DNA of 64,000 bases from contig NIVC01002177.1 of NCBI GenBank assembly GCA_002269645.1, positions 124,001 to 188,000 on the forward strand, in the 5' to 3' direction. The stretch is from Macrostomum lignano (Eukaryota). Below the pieces are notes generated by a model. That model searched no databases, was not told the origin of the DNA, and worked only from the letters and a program-made list of their open reading frames with translations. The position numbers and the translations under genes were made by a program. Shown here piece by piece: positions 41,201 through 51,607 of this stretch (within the stretch, counting starts at the first letter, position 1; each line of letters opens with the position of its first letter).

Positions 41201-44200
41201 TTGCAAAAATCGGCTATGCTCTCCTCAGTTTTCCCCACGCGTCAAATCACGAATTGACGGTCTGTGCGTACAGCAGCCTTGCAATCATTATTTAAATTGC
41301 CCGGTGCAAAATTGCAAAGCGCTACTCGATAATTGGACAGCAAAGTCAAGCCTCCGGGGAGACAAGAATCTCGCTACAAAGTTATGGGCATGAGTTCAAC
41401 CGTTTCGTCTACGTTCTATTGAGCAGTCGTTGAAGTGTATCGGTCCGTAGGAAAAATAACTCTCCTTTACTTTCGACACATTAGTAGGTATGAATTCATG
41501 TGTATCTCCATCAGAAATAGCGATACAAATAGAAGTTATTAGGCACGGATTAATGAAGCCAGTTGCACCGATGTCAACATCTGCTTTCAACTACTAATGA
41601 AGAGAAGCCATATCTATTGCGTCATTGGCTTTTGCAGAGAGGCTAGGAATGATAAGAAGCCTTACCAAAGAAGATGGCATTAAAATTAGAGACCAAAAAA
41701 TGAAAAGATGACAGGCCAGATCTTTGAGCATAGTTGAGATACCCCCCCAGCCAAGATCCTTGGTGCAGAGGTGCAAGTGAAAGATTAGAGAGCGAGCAAT
41801 GATGCACATCTGCATGAGCTCATGCGGAGCAACTGCAGAGCATTGTTCCTAATTAGATGGGGAGTGATGTAATTCAATACGACTGGCTCATTTTATATGT
41901 CTTTGATAGTCCAGCCACCAAACTAATAGGCCCGTCGGATCAAACGATTCCTAGCTCTCGCTTGACCCGAAATTATTGCTGGCCTACTCTCCATTTTAGG
42001 CAGGCAGAGACTGTTTTCATAGTTTCTAATTGAGTCCTTTGCATTGGCAGTTCGGCTGATCAACATCATTATTTCCGCATAGAAGGCATTGGTGCCCTCA
42101 CTGCTTGAGTCCTCGTATGCCGCCCGTCAATGCTTCTTTCAGATGAAGCTATTCGACCTGGTGACAAACCGGGTGTTCGACCGCGAGGTCTCTTCCCGGG
42201 CCTGCTTCGGCATCGTCTGCCGGGACTCGCAGCGTCTGGAAGGCCGCGCCAGCTACTGTGTGACCATCGAGGATGTCAACGACTCGCCACCGGTGGTGGA
42301 TGGACCAATCGTCTTCCAGGTTTGGGACCTCTTTTTGCTCTGGGGTTAGTTCAAGGGCATCGCTAATAAATGTAGCTATGCTACTCTGTGAGAGATTGAT
42401 TGACCTCCAGGGTGACTGCTCTGAAGCGATAAGCTACGGCAGGTTCTGCGCAAAAATTCCACGAAACACTAGACGAATGAGTAGCGGATTTCTTAAATCA
42501 ATAAAGCGTCTTTTGTGGTGCTTTCAGTCCGACTCTGATCAATTTCTCAGTTGGCTAATCTTACCGGCTAAAAGTGCATTAAACTGAATTTGCCGTATGA
42601 GTACGAGTAGCTTGTAATGCTTTGCGTTGCCAAGTGATTTGACGGCTCATTTAGCGAACTAAAATGTAAACTAGTAGGCAGTGGAAGGAAACAATGTGTA
42701 AGAGATGTTCCGCACTTTCCTTCAGGCTCTGGAGGAAGACGCGGAGCGACGCCCGCTGCAGGGCCGAGTGCGCAATCACGTGCACGACGCGGACATCGGC
42801 AACAACAGCCGGCTGCAGTTCGCGCTCGATCCCACCGACCTGGAGGCTGCCAGACTTTTCGAGGTGAACGCCGACACCGGGCAGCTCAGACCGCTGGTGG
42901 TCTTCGATCGAGAACGGCAGGCCAGCTACACGCTGCGAGTGCTGGTTACGGACGGCGGCAAGTCACCACTGACCGCCACTGCCACGGTCACCGTCCGCGT
43001 GGTCGACGCAAACGACCGTCAGCCGATGTGCCGGCAGGCAGAGTACCGACTGCGGGTGCGCGAGAATCGGCCAGCCGACAGCACGGTCGGCTTCGTCGAA
43101 GCCGAGGACGAGGACGAGAAGGAGCTGGGCAACGGCGCGGTCGCCTACCGGCTGGACGACCGCGACGGCGACGCGGACTGGCGAGCCTTCAGCGTCGACC
43201 GGCGCACTGGCGAGATCAAGACGTCGATGCCGCTGGACCGGGAGCGGCAGGCCCACTATTCGTTTCGCGTGCTCGCCGAGGACCAGCCGAGGTCCGGGCA
43301 CGGCGCACTGACTGGCACCTGCTTGGTGTCGGTCACCGTGGAAGATGAAAACGACAACAGGCCGGTGTTTCGGGTGACGCCCAATCATCCGGAGGTGTTT
43401 CAGGTAAGACCTCGGAAATGTAAGCGTCTTTGTCCACAGCCTTCTACATTCTACACCTTTCTACATTATGAAGTAGAAGTAGAAGGGGTTTTAGCCTAGT
43501 GGTTTGAGCGTTGGACTTACGACTGAAAGGTCGAATGTTCGACTCTGCACCTTACTCGGAACAATTTGTGTCCTTGGGCAAGACACGAGACACGACTCTG
43601 CATTGCTTCAGTTCACTCAGCTGTAAAATGGGTGCCAGCATTAGCTGGGGTAGTTGAGGGTGTTTGCGGCGACCCCCCAGTCCTTGGACTGAACAGCCGT
43701 ACGCAGCCTTCAGATGCGCCGCGCAATAGCTGGGGCTGAGCTGTCGGTTGGCCCAATTGACCCAATTGGAGCAGAGAATTTCACTGCAACTTTGCCTTCA
43801 CCCAAGCCACCAACACCGACCACCTGCAGGTCACGAAGCGGGAGCCTGGAATCAGCATCGGCCAAGTGCTGGCGGAGGACCCAGACGAGGGCGACAATAG
43901 ACTGGTAGACTACGAGCTGCTTAACAGGGCGGAGGTGCACGATCTGTTTAGCGTCGACCGGCGCTCAGGCCTGGTGCTCATCAACAAGGCGCTGCACAGC
44001 CAGCCGGCGCGGGACTTCATCCTAGTGCTGCGTGCCTGCGACCGCGGCCGGCCGCGCAACTGCTCGGCGGAGGCCAGGTACCGGGCGCATATTGTCGACC
44101 GGCGCGACGCTGCCTATCGCGGCGGAGGCTCCGGCACGGAGTCTGGCTCACCTGGCAGCGGAGGCGACAGCGGCGAGCACAGCGGAGGGAAGGGCCTCGG

Positions 44201-47200
44201 CAACGAGATAGTGATAGTGTGCTTGGCGGTGATGTTCCTGGTGCTGGGCATCGCCACAGTCACCGTTGTCTGCCTGATTGTGCGCAAGCGCTCCGTCTAC
44301 GTCAAAAAGAGCCGACAACCAGCTGTTGCTATGACAACAGGTCCAGGTGTGCAATCAAGAGAGGCTTGACCAATTTGATAGATTTTAGGTCAAATCTTAC
44401 ATGCATTATACATGCAGTATGTGTAATCAGGATTAGACTCGAAGGTGGTCCAGTCCAGCATATTCACACAGTGCGTCCTCACGCCTTGCCGAGCAAGAAT
44501 CGCCTTCGATTTCCGGGTGCCCCACCTGTGGATTCCCATGCAGCATCCCCAGCGACAGCTGCTTGAGCTCAACGATTCACGAGGGTGGAGAGAATGCGAA
44601 TGCCAGACAGAATTTATTCGGATTCACAAAAATTCACTGCAAGCTGAGGACAAGCCGCCGCTAGCGAGTTTGTTTTGATGGACAGCTCTCGAGCTGATTT
44701 CGCATCGATTCCGGAGCGCATCTCCCCGCCTTTTTCAACTATCCTCCCGCTGCCCCGAGTGCGGCTCTCATTTGCTTTTTCTCCCTAACCCCCCTTCCCC
44801 ATGGCAACTCATTTCGCTTTCGAGACGATGAAAAAATAGCCGGGTTCCGAATTGAAGCTTGAGACTCGAACCGCGGCTCCGGGGGGGGGGCAGCAGTGCC
44901 GCTGGGATGGGCGCGGCTTGGCGGAGTCTGAGACAGGGAGAGTCAGCTCTCATTAGCGACTGAGTGAGTTGTGCTGCGATGGGGAGGCGGCCGAGAGTCG
45001 GAGCTGCAGACACGGGAGTTCGGCTCTTTAGTGTCGCTCAGATTTCTGCAAAGTGCTTCTCAGCTAGCGATAGGGCTAGCCTGAGCCTCTCACACTTTTG
45101 CTAAGAAGCTTTCCCGAATCAGTCAGACTCTCTTAAAGTTAAGAGAACTATAGGAAGCTCCACCAAGTCGGATTAGAAATCTAGAACGACATTATGCATA
45201 AAGGAGTGATTTATTGCTGGTTGCTGAGCGTTTACATGTGCTTCATGGAGGCGCTGGGCCCTTACATCTCAAGCAGTATTGCTAGTGCATTTAGTGGAAG
45301 GGTAGAGCAGTGGGTGGGTAGAGCAGTGGGTGGGTAGAGCAGTGGGTAGGTAGAGCGGTGAGTAGGTAGAACAATAGGTAGGTAGAGCAGTGGGTAGGTA
45401 GAGCAGTGGGTAGGTAGAGCAGTAGGTAGGGTAGAACAGTGGGTAGAGTGGTGTGCCTTGACCATTCGAAAATGTTTAGTATTTCTGTCAATCAGAAACT
45501 GGGTGTTCTGGTAGCCTCCCTACACATTGAATTTGCTAACTGAAACCAGCGTTAATAAATATGTGATTTACAATTTACCTTTCAGATGCTGAGCACGCGG
45601 ACGTAAAAATGATATCCGGCTCGTATGACATGCCGCCTGCGTACAAAGACTTCAACGGAGAGGTGAGACGCCCTTTGACACGCTGGGGATTGAGAAATGC
45701 GACGGCGCATGGTTACCCTAGCTCGTAATAGTAACTTCTGAAACTTCCTGAGCAATAATTCATTGGGGAAGAATCTGAACACCGAGTCAGAAGCCAAATA
45801 ATTTATCTAATTTGGATGCACCGGTCGAAAAAATTGGAAAATAAACATAAATAAACATAATTTGTTTATTTCTGGAAAATATTATATTGGGGATTATATT
45901 TCCGCGAAATATCCCTACGTGCATCCTCTCTGCCTAAGTCCCTTCATCCTTCCGCCGCTTTATCGCTTCCCGAGATCGGCAAAAGTGAGGAGGGCGGAGA
46001 GGCTGTTTCGGAATGATGAAGCCCGGGCCCGGAGCCGCGGAGTTCAAGCCTTACAAAAGCAGCAATAGAGCAAAAGAGACAGCCAGAGGGGCGAAGGCAA
46101 TCTACTGAAGAGGAGAGTGGGAAGGGGGCTTGGGACAGTGCCCGGCTCATAATCTGATTGCCAAGGTCTCAACATTCGCCGTTCCCATCTATCCCGCCTC
46201 TCTCGTTCGCTCCCAGCCTCCCCGGGCCCCATCCGACCTGATCGGTCCCTATTTCCACATCCCAGCCCCCGGTGGCCTCGAGTCCCTTGCCCGGAGGGGT
46301 GAGCTGAAACTAAGAGAATGAGAAGGAAAGAGGAGAGACCGACGTGCTATCTGTGTCCGGCTGGGAGACTTTAGCCGGGCTGGGAATTTTCGATTCGCTA
46401 CTTTTTATGCCTTGATTTTAGATTCATGCATTTGGGTATTTACTGTAAACTGATGCTGGGACTGCACTATGCACACAAAATGAGCACAGCAAACTGATGC
46501 TGGGACTGCACTATGCACACAAAATGAGCACAGCAAACTGATGCTAGGACTGCACTATGCACACAAAATGAGCACAGCAAACTGATGCTGGGACTGCACT
46601 ATGCACACAAAATGAGCACAGCAAACTGATGCTAGGACTGCACTATGCACACACAATGAGCACAGCAAACTGATGCTAGGACTGCACTATGCACACACAA
46701 TGAGCACAGCAAACTGATGCTGGGACTGCACTATGCACACACAATGAGCACAGCAAACTGATGCTAGGACTGCACTATGCACACACAATGAGCACAGCAA
46801 ACTGATGCTAGGACTGCACTATGCACACACAATGAGCACAGCAAACTGATGCTAGGACTGCACTATGCACACACAATGAGCACAGCAAACTGATGCTAGG
46901 ACTGCACTATGCACACACAATGAGCACAGCAAACTGATGCTAGGACTGCACTATGCACACACAATGAGCACAGCAAATTGATGCTAGGACTGCACTATGC
47001 ACACACAATGAGCACAGCAAACTGATGCTAGGGCTGCACTATGCACACAAAATAAGCACAGCAAACTGATGCTAGGGCTGAACTATGCACATAGTCACAA
47101 TGAGCACAGCAAACTGATGCTAGGGCTGAACTATGCACATAGTCACAATGAGCACAGCAAACTGATGCTAGGGCTGAACTATGCACATAGTCACAATGAG

Positions 47201-48708
47201 CACAGCAAACTGATGCTAGGGCTGAACTATGCACATAGTCACAATGAGCGCAGCAAACTGATGCTAGGGCTGAACTATGCACATAGTCACAATGAGCACA
47301 GCAAACTGATGCTAGGGCTGAACTATGCACATAGTCACAATGAGCGCAGCAAACTGATGCTAGGGCTGAACTATGCACATAGTCACAATGAGCACAGCAA
47401 ACTGATGCTAGGGCTGCACTATGCACACACAGTCACAATGAGCACAGCAAACTGATGCTAGGGCTGAACTATGCACATAGTCACAATGAGCACAGCAAAC
47501 TGATGCTAGGGCTGCACTATGCACACACAGTCACAATGAGCACAGCAAACTGATGCTAGGGCTGCACTATGCACACACAGTCACAATGAGCACAGCAAAC
47601 TGATGCTAGGGCTGAACTATGCACATAGTCACAATGAGCACAGCAAACTGATGCTAGGGCTGCACTATGCACACACAGTCACAATGAGCACAGCAAACTG
47701 ATGCTAGGGCTGCACTATGCACACACAGTCACAATGAGCACAGCAAACTGATGCTAGGGCTGCACTATGCACACAGTCACAATGAGCACAGAAAACTGAT
47801 GCTAGGGCTGAACTATGCACATAGTCACAATGAGCACAGCAAACTGATGCTAGGGCTGCACTATGCACACACAGTCACAATGAGCACAGCAAACTGATGC
47901 TAGGGCTGCACTATGCACACAGTCACAATGAGCACAGAAAACTGATGCTAGGGATGAACTATGCACACACAGTCACAATGAGCACAGCAAACTGATGCTA
48001 GGGATGAACTATGCACATGGTCACAATGAGCACAGCAAAAGACCATCCCTGCGACTCACACAGGAGGACTTCTGCACCTACAATGCGAATCTTCAGCTGA
48101 AGCCGACAACATCAGCCGGTGCCTACGGCTACCGCACGACCGGACGAGATGCCCGGTACTGCACCACCAGCCCCGGCCCAGGTGAGTTTGGTTCGTTTCT
48201 ATTAGCTACGCTTTCAGCTCATATTTCAGTCTGTCTAATTTAATACTCAACGGTAGTGGTTGCAATGACTGAGCTATTCAAACAAATTCGGACGCTAAAA
48301 TGCGATAAATACTACTGTTTCACTTACCGAACAAACGAATAAAACCGATAAAATGTGTCATTCCGTCTATCTACAGCTGGCAGCATCGGCTTGGAGGCCG
48401 ATCGCAAGCAGGTGCAGGACTACCAGCCGCTGGACACGACAGGCGTCCGATTGGGCCGCAGAACCGGCGACAGCGCCAAGCTGTACAACACCGGCCTGCA
48501 CATGTACTACGAGATCAAAGGCGCCGCCGCTGGTCAGACCGGACAGGCCGGAGATTGCGGCGAAGAGGTTGCTCTGCCAGTACAGCCGCCGCAGCCGCCG
48601 CCGCCGCCGCCACCGTCAGGTCTTTGCGTCGACGGGAACAAGGCGTCTCCTGGGAAGCAGCAGCATTACCCAAGCTTCAGCCCCTACACCGAAGCCAGCT
48701 TTGTTTGA
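33701..48708 (+). CDS. Protocadherin with 7 cadherin repeats, TM segment and cytoplasmic tail, 1083 aa; exons 33701-34017, 39377-40043, 40133-40501, 42143-42319, 42726-43403, 43830-44346, 45586-45662, 48064-48181, 48377-48708
   Basis: All nine exons join in frame (3252 nt, phases 2,0,0,0,0,1,0,1). Signal peptide, EC1 IDREALCPDNPPQC (protocadherin-type Cys pair), Ca-binding linkers DINDEQP, DVNDHAP, DRVDEAP, DVNDSPP, DANDRQP, DENDNRP, TM IVIVCLAVMFLVLGIATVTVVCLIV, C-terminus TEASFV. The ectodomain exons are secure; the three tail exons rest on phase and splice-site fit. Confidence 0.9.
34112..35060. repeat. 15-bp minisatellite CTG(G/A)CTACTCTCA(CA/TG), about 63 copies, in protocadherin intron 1
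   Basis: Read directly. Contains a 240-bp internal duplication. Confidence 0.97.
36225..38149. mobile_element. Non-autonomous TIR DNA transposon, about 1.9 kb, P-superfamily-like, carrying cargo
   Basis: Imperfect inverted arms of about 67-77 bp (36225-36291 and 38073-38149) begin CATAGAATTCTAGA(A/T)AACTAACTGGAAG. Perfect 8-bp TSD CTGGTAGA at 36217-36224 and 38150-38157. Confidence 0.8.
36625..37330 (+). pseudogene. Frameshifted fragment of an RTE-like non-LTR retrotransposon reverse transcriptase (C-terminal part)
   Basis: Translations AQRQLDQLVSVAASVGLGVNTQKT, QFVCLG, RRGLAWVAF, LFKAVIETVLLYNTETWTLT and CFVDFL match the RT domain 5-7 region and thumb/C-terminus of RTE-type LINEs. Several frame breaks. 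Confidence 0.75.
38713..39241. mobile_element. hAT (Charlie-like) MITE with GA-rich core, copy 2, in protocadherin intron 1
   Basis: Ends are CAGGGGTC / AGTTTGCCGACCCCTG. Flanks TCCTAGAG / ACCTAGAA (6 of 8 match). Confidence 0.8.
43485..43775 (+). mobile_element. SINE family A, copy 2, in protocadherin intron 5
   Basis: A box TAGCCTAGTGG, B-box-like GTTCGACTC, same core as the other copies. Confidence 0.85.
45301..45450. repeat. 16-bp G-rich minisatellite GGTAGAGCAGTGGGT(G/A), about 9 copies
   Basis: Read directly; lies in protocadherin intron 6. Confidence 0.85.
46447..48039. repeat. Compound minisatellite: about 14 x 44-bp units, then about 20 x 48/50-bp units, in protocadherin intron 7
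   Basis: Unit AAACTGATGCT(G/A)GGACTGCACTATGCACAC...ATGAGCACAGC. The period changes from 44 to 48 near 47063. Confidence 0.97.
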
Positions 48709-49163
48709 GGCGGCAAACTTTTCTATCTAAACAACAAAATTAAACAGTGGAAGCCGAATTCACTCTTTCAAGTGCAGTTTTGATGATGTCTGAAATGTTC
48801 ATTGTACAAATCATGCGAATCTGTGCAGCGAAGAAGCAGTTGCATCGTATCATTTTTCTCACCCATTCAAGCCAGTAGCTTATCGGCATCAGTCCAGCTG
48901 CTCAATTCGCCTGTTCTGTCTCAGTACAAACTCTGCAAAAATATACCAGCCTTGAAGACAATCAGCTCTGTTGCGAGTTGCAAAGTTTGTTAAGAATGCT
49001 TAGTTTGAGCTCAATAGATCAGACTTCGATGCTGACTGCACATGCACAGCCACCAATAATACAGCAGCACTTCTGACTGAAATTTGCTTATATGCTTCCT
49101 GTATGCTACTATAGTGCAAGCCTAGGCCTGACAAGCGATATTCAGTAGACTACTTAAGCTTAA

Positions 49164-49436
49164 GGGGTTCTAGCCTAGTGGTTAGAGCGTCTGACTCACG
49201 ACTGAAAGGTCGGGGGTTCGATTCTTGATCCACTTAACTCTCTGCATTGCTTCAGTTCACCCAGCTGTAGAATGGGTGCCAGCATTAGCTGGGGCAATTG
49301 AGGGTGTGTCGCGTCCCCCAGTCCTTGGACTGAACAGCCGTACGCAGCCATCAGATGCGCCGCGCAATAGCTGCGGCTGAGCTGTCGGTTGCACATCTGG
49401 CCATTGGGGCAGGTGAAATAAATTATTATTTATTAT
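49164..49436 (+). mobile_element. SINE family A, copy 3
   Basis: tRNA-like head GGGGTTCTAGCCTAGTGG...GGTTCGATTC, ATT-rich tail, TSD GCTTAA on both sides (49158-49163 and 49437-49442). Confidence 0.85.
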
Positions 49437-49674
49437 GCTTAACTCGCTTCTTCCAGTAGTCAGTAGTGCTTTTATTGTTTCTGATTTTGTAAGAAAGCAA
49501 GGTCATGAGTCAAGCATCAATAAAATACTACTTAGGCAGTCGTCGAAAAATTTTTTAAAAGAGCAACAGGGAAAGACAACACTGAAGCAAGCAGCAGAGC
49601 GCCTCATCGGTAAACGCGTCTGTCTGACTCTCGTGCCAAGTACCTGGGACAATTCAGTGGCCAGAAATTGACAT

Positions 49675-49912
49675 GGGGCTTGTGCAATTCTCGCACATTG
49701 AGGGCCAATCCCCAAGACTCAGAGAGTGTACATGCCTGATGGTTAGAAAAATTGGGCCGCTGTACACTCCTGTGTGAGCGAGTGAATGGGTGCGCGATTG
49801 TATGTCCTCAGGAGTCAACGGAAACGGGCATAATGGCCGCAGCGCTGTGGGACGTTGTCTTTAAAGGCGTTGCGTCAGGGAGCCCACAGCCCTAATGCGA
49901 ATGTTATCATTA
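49675..49912 (+). mobile_element. SINE family B, diverged 5'-truncated copy 3
   Basis: Shares GTGTACATGCCT...GGGCCGCTGTACACTCCTGTGTGAG and downstream similarity with copies 1 and 2. Confidence 0.65.
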
Positions 49913-51607
49913 TATATTGTATATGCTCAAATAAGCTTGAGCTACGCACATACAACACCAGGTACTGGTGCGATCCTCATTTCTAACAACTACGCTCGTA
50001 CGTGGCAAAGTGATTGGGACGTTCTATTTCTGACTAGGCAACAGGTCCTGCACCAATTCGCGGTACACTAGCTCTTGTAGGCTCTCACAGGGTGCTCTCC
50101 ATGAGGAAGGGTATTCTCCACCCTTCAGTTAGCGTGTACGCAAGTGTATATTTTCCAACTTCTTACACGGGCAATCGATAAAAATGCAACAGTTTTCGCC
50201 TCGAGTTCTGCTCTCAGTTTGTGCAAATGAAAACCCTCGAACCCCGAAGCCTTGGGAGTTGTCGCTTTTGGGATCAGTTGAGACGAAAAGAAACGAAAAT
50301 AAAATTAGGAGTTGTCCGTGGAGCAAAACAACGAGTCAAAGCTACGAGTCTCTCGTATATCCTTAAATTTCTAGAGTGGAACACATATAACTCGTGTACT
50401 GTTGGCTATTGGCACTGCAACTAGGCTCAACATTTGATTTGATGCCTCTTGTTTTCTTAGAACTCTGACTGCAACTGCTGAGCAAGTCTTCACAACTCGT
50501 TATTGCTGCCCAAGGGTAAGCTGGAGCAGATAACTGCGTGTACTTCGAATAATAATAATTGTTGAATGGAGCGAGCACGGATACGAGTGCAGATACATGT
50601 ACTTTGGTGCGAGTGCCGGGTGCTGTAACCGCTGATTCACTTCCGGAACCCGCGATTAAAGCTCAGCTGCGCTTCTTCAATGCATTCTGTTCCAGGATTC
50701 TCATTATGAGGCTTTTCCACAGCCAACCCGCTTTTTCCAAAGTTGTTCGTGTTTAGCTCAAATAGCTCAAGTTCCGCATTCGAACGGAGCATTGGCTAGA
50801 GCGTAATCAATGACTGCAATCTTGAGTTAAATTGCTCTACAATAACTGTTAAATAGACAAATAGAGTTAAATATTTCATCAAACTGAATGCTTGTTGTCA
50901 GTCTGGAAGTGTAGAAATTTTCTGAGGACAAGTTGCGTATCGATATTTACTCAGTCAGACTTTCCACACTGGCTAAAGCGTCTTTGAAGTCAACAACAGA
51001 ATAAAAAAGACAGAATTACCCAATTGGGACCCACAAATATGCAAGAGTGAATAAGAATTTTACTCTTATTCTCGAACATTGTTACTGGAGAAGCCTGAAT
51101 TGGGCACTGGGGTGCAGTGAATGGAAACACTGGGAATGAAATGCTAGAAGTTAGACAAGAGCTCGACTCGTGGAGCTTCATTTTCAAATAACATTAATTT
51201 TTTCTATTATTATAATAGCAGTCGGGTTGGGTGAGTATAGCTAACAAACTCACTCAAAGAGAGTCAATGCAGGCTTGAGACCATTGCTGCGGGGCCGGCG
51301 GGGCGAAACAGTTGGTCAGTGGGAGAGTATCACGCACTCGTGCTTTTCAAAGAGGCGGTTGAGATAGACGCAGCGCTGCGAGGACCCACTAGAAAGAAGA
51401 AAATCAATATGCGAGCCGAGCCGAAGACCTTCCGAGCTGTCGGCTGGCCCCAGCCACGCTCCCTCATGCCTTCCCGCCCCGTCTCGCGCACGAATGCAGA
51501 GTCAACCCGGCTCTGTCCCAACTCACTGTCTCCACTGTCCCAGCTAGCTATTGCAGTTTTGCCCACCTCAACTCCGCGCAGGGAAGTCAGGCCAGCCTTC
51601 CGATACA

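Noticed and set aside
47028-47455. ORFs with MLGLNYAHSHNEHSKL repeats
   Set aside because: Limited to the 48-bp portion of an intronic array and broken by the 44- and 50-bp units.
18784-48039. Tandem arrays (32, 45, 28 and 44-50 bp units) as CRISPR-like arrays
   Set aside because: Units are head-to-tail with no unique spacers, there are no cas-like ORFs, and the context is eukaryotic.
49164-49235. tRNA genes at the SINE heads
   Set aside because: A and B boxes are present, but the acceptor and anticodon stems do not close and the heads continue into a shared repeat body with TSDs.
50129-50326. Signal-peptide-like Cys-containing ORF
   Set aside because: TTG start, no codon bias, no splice support.
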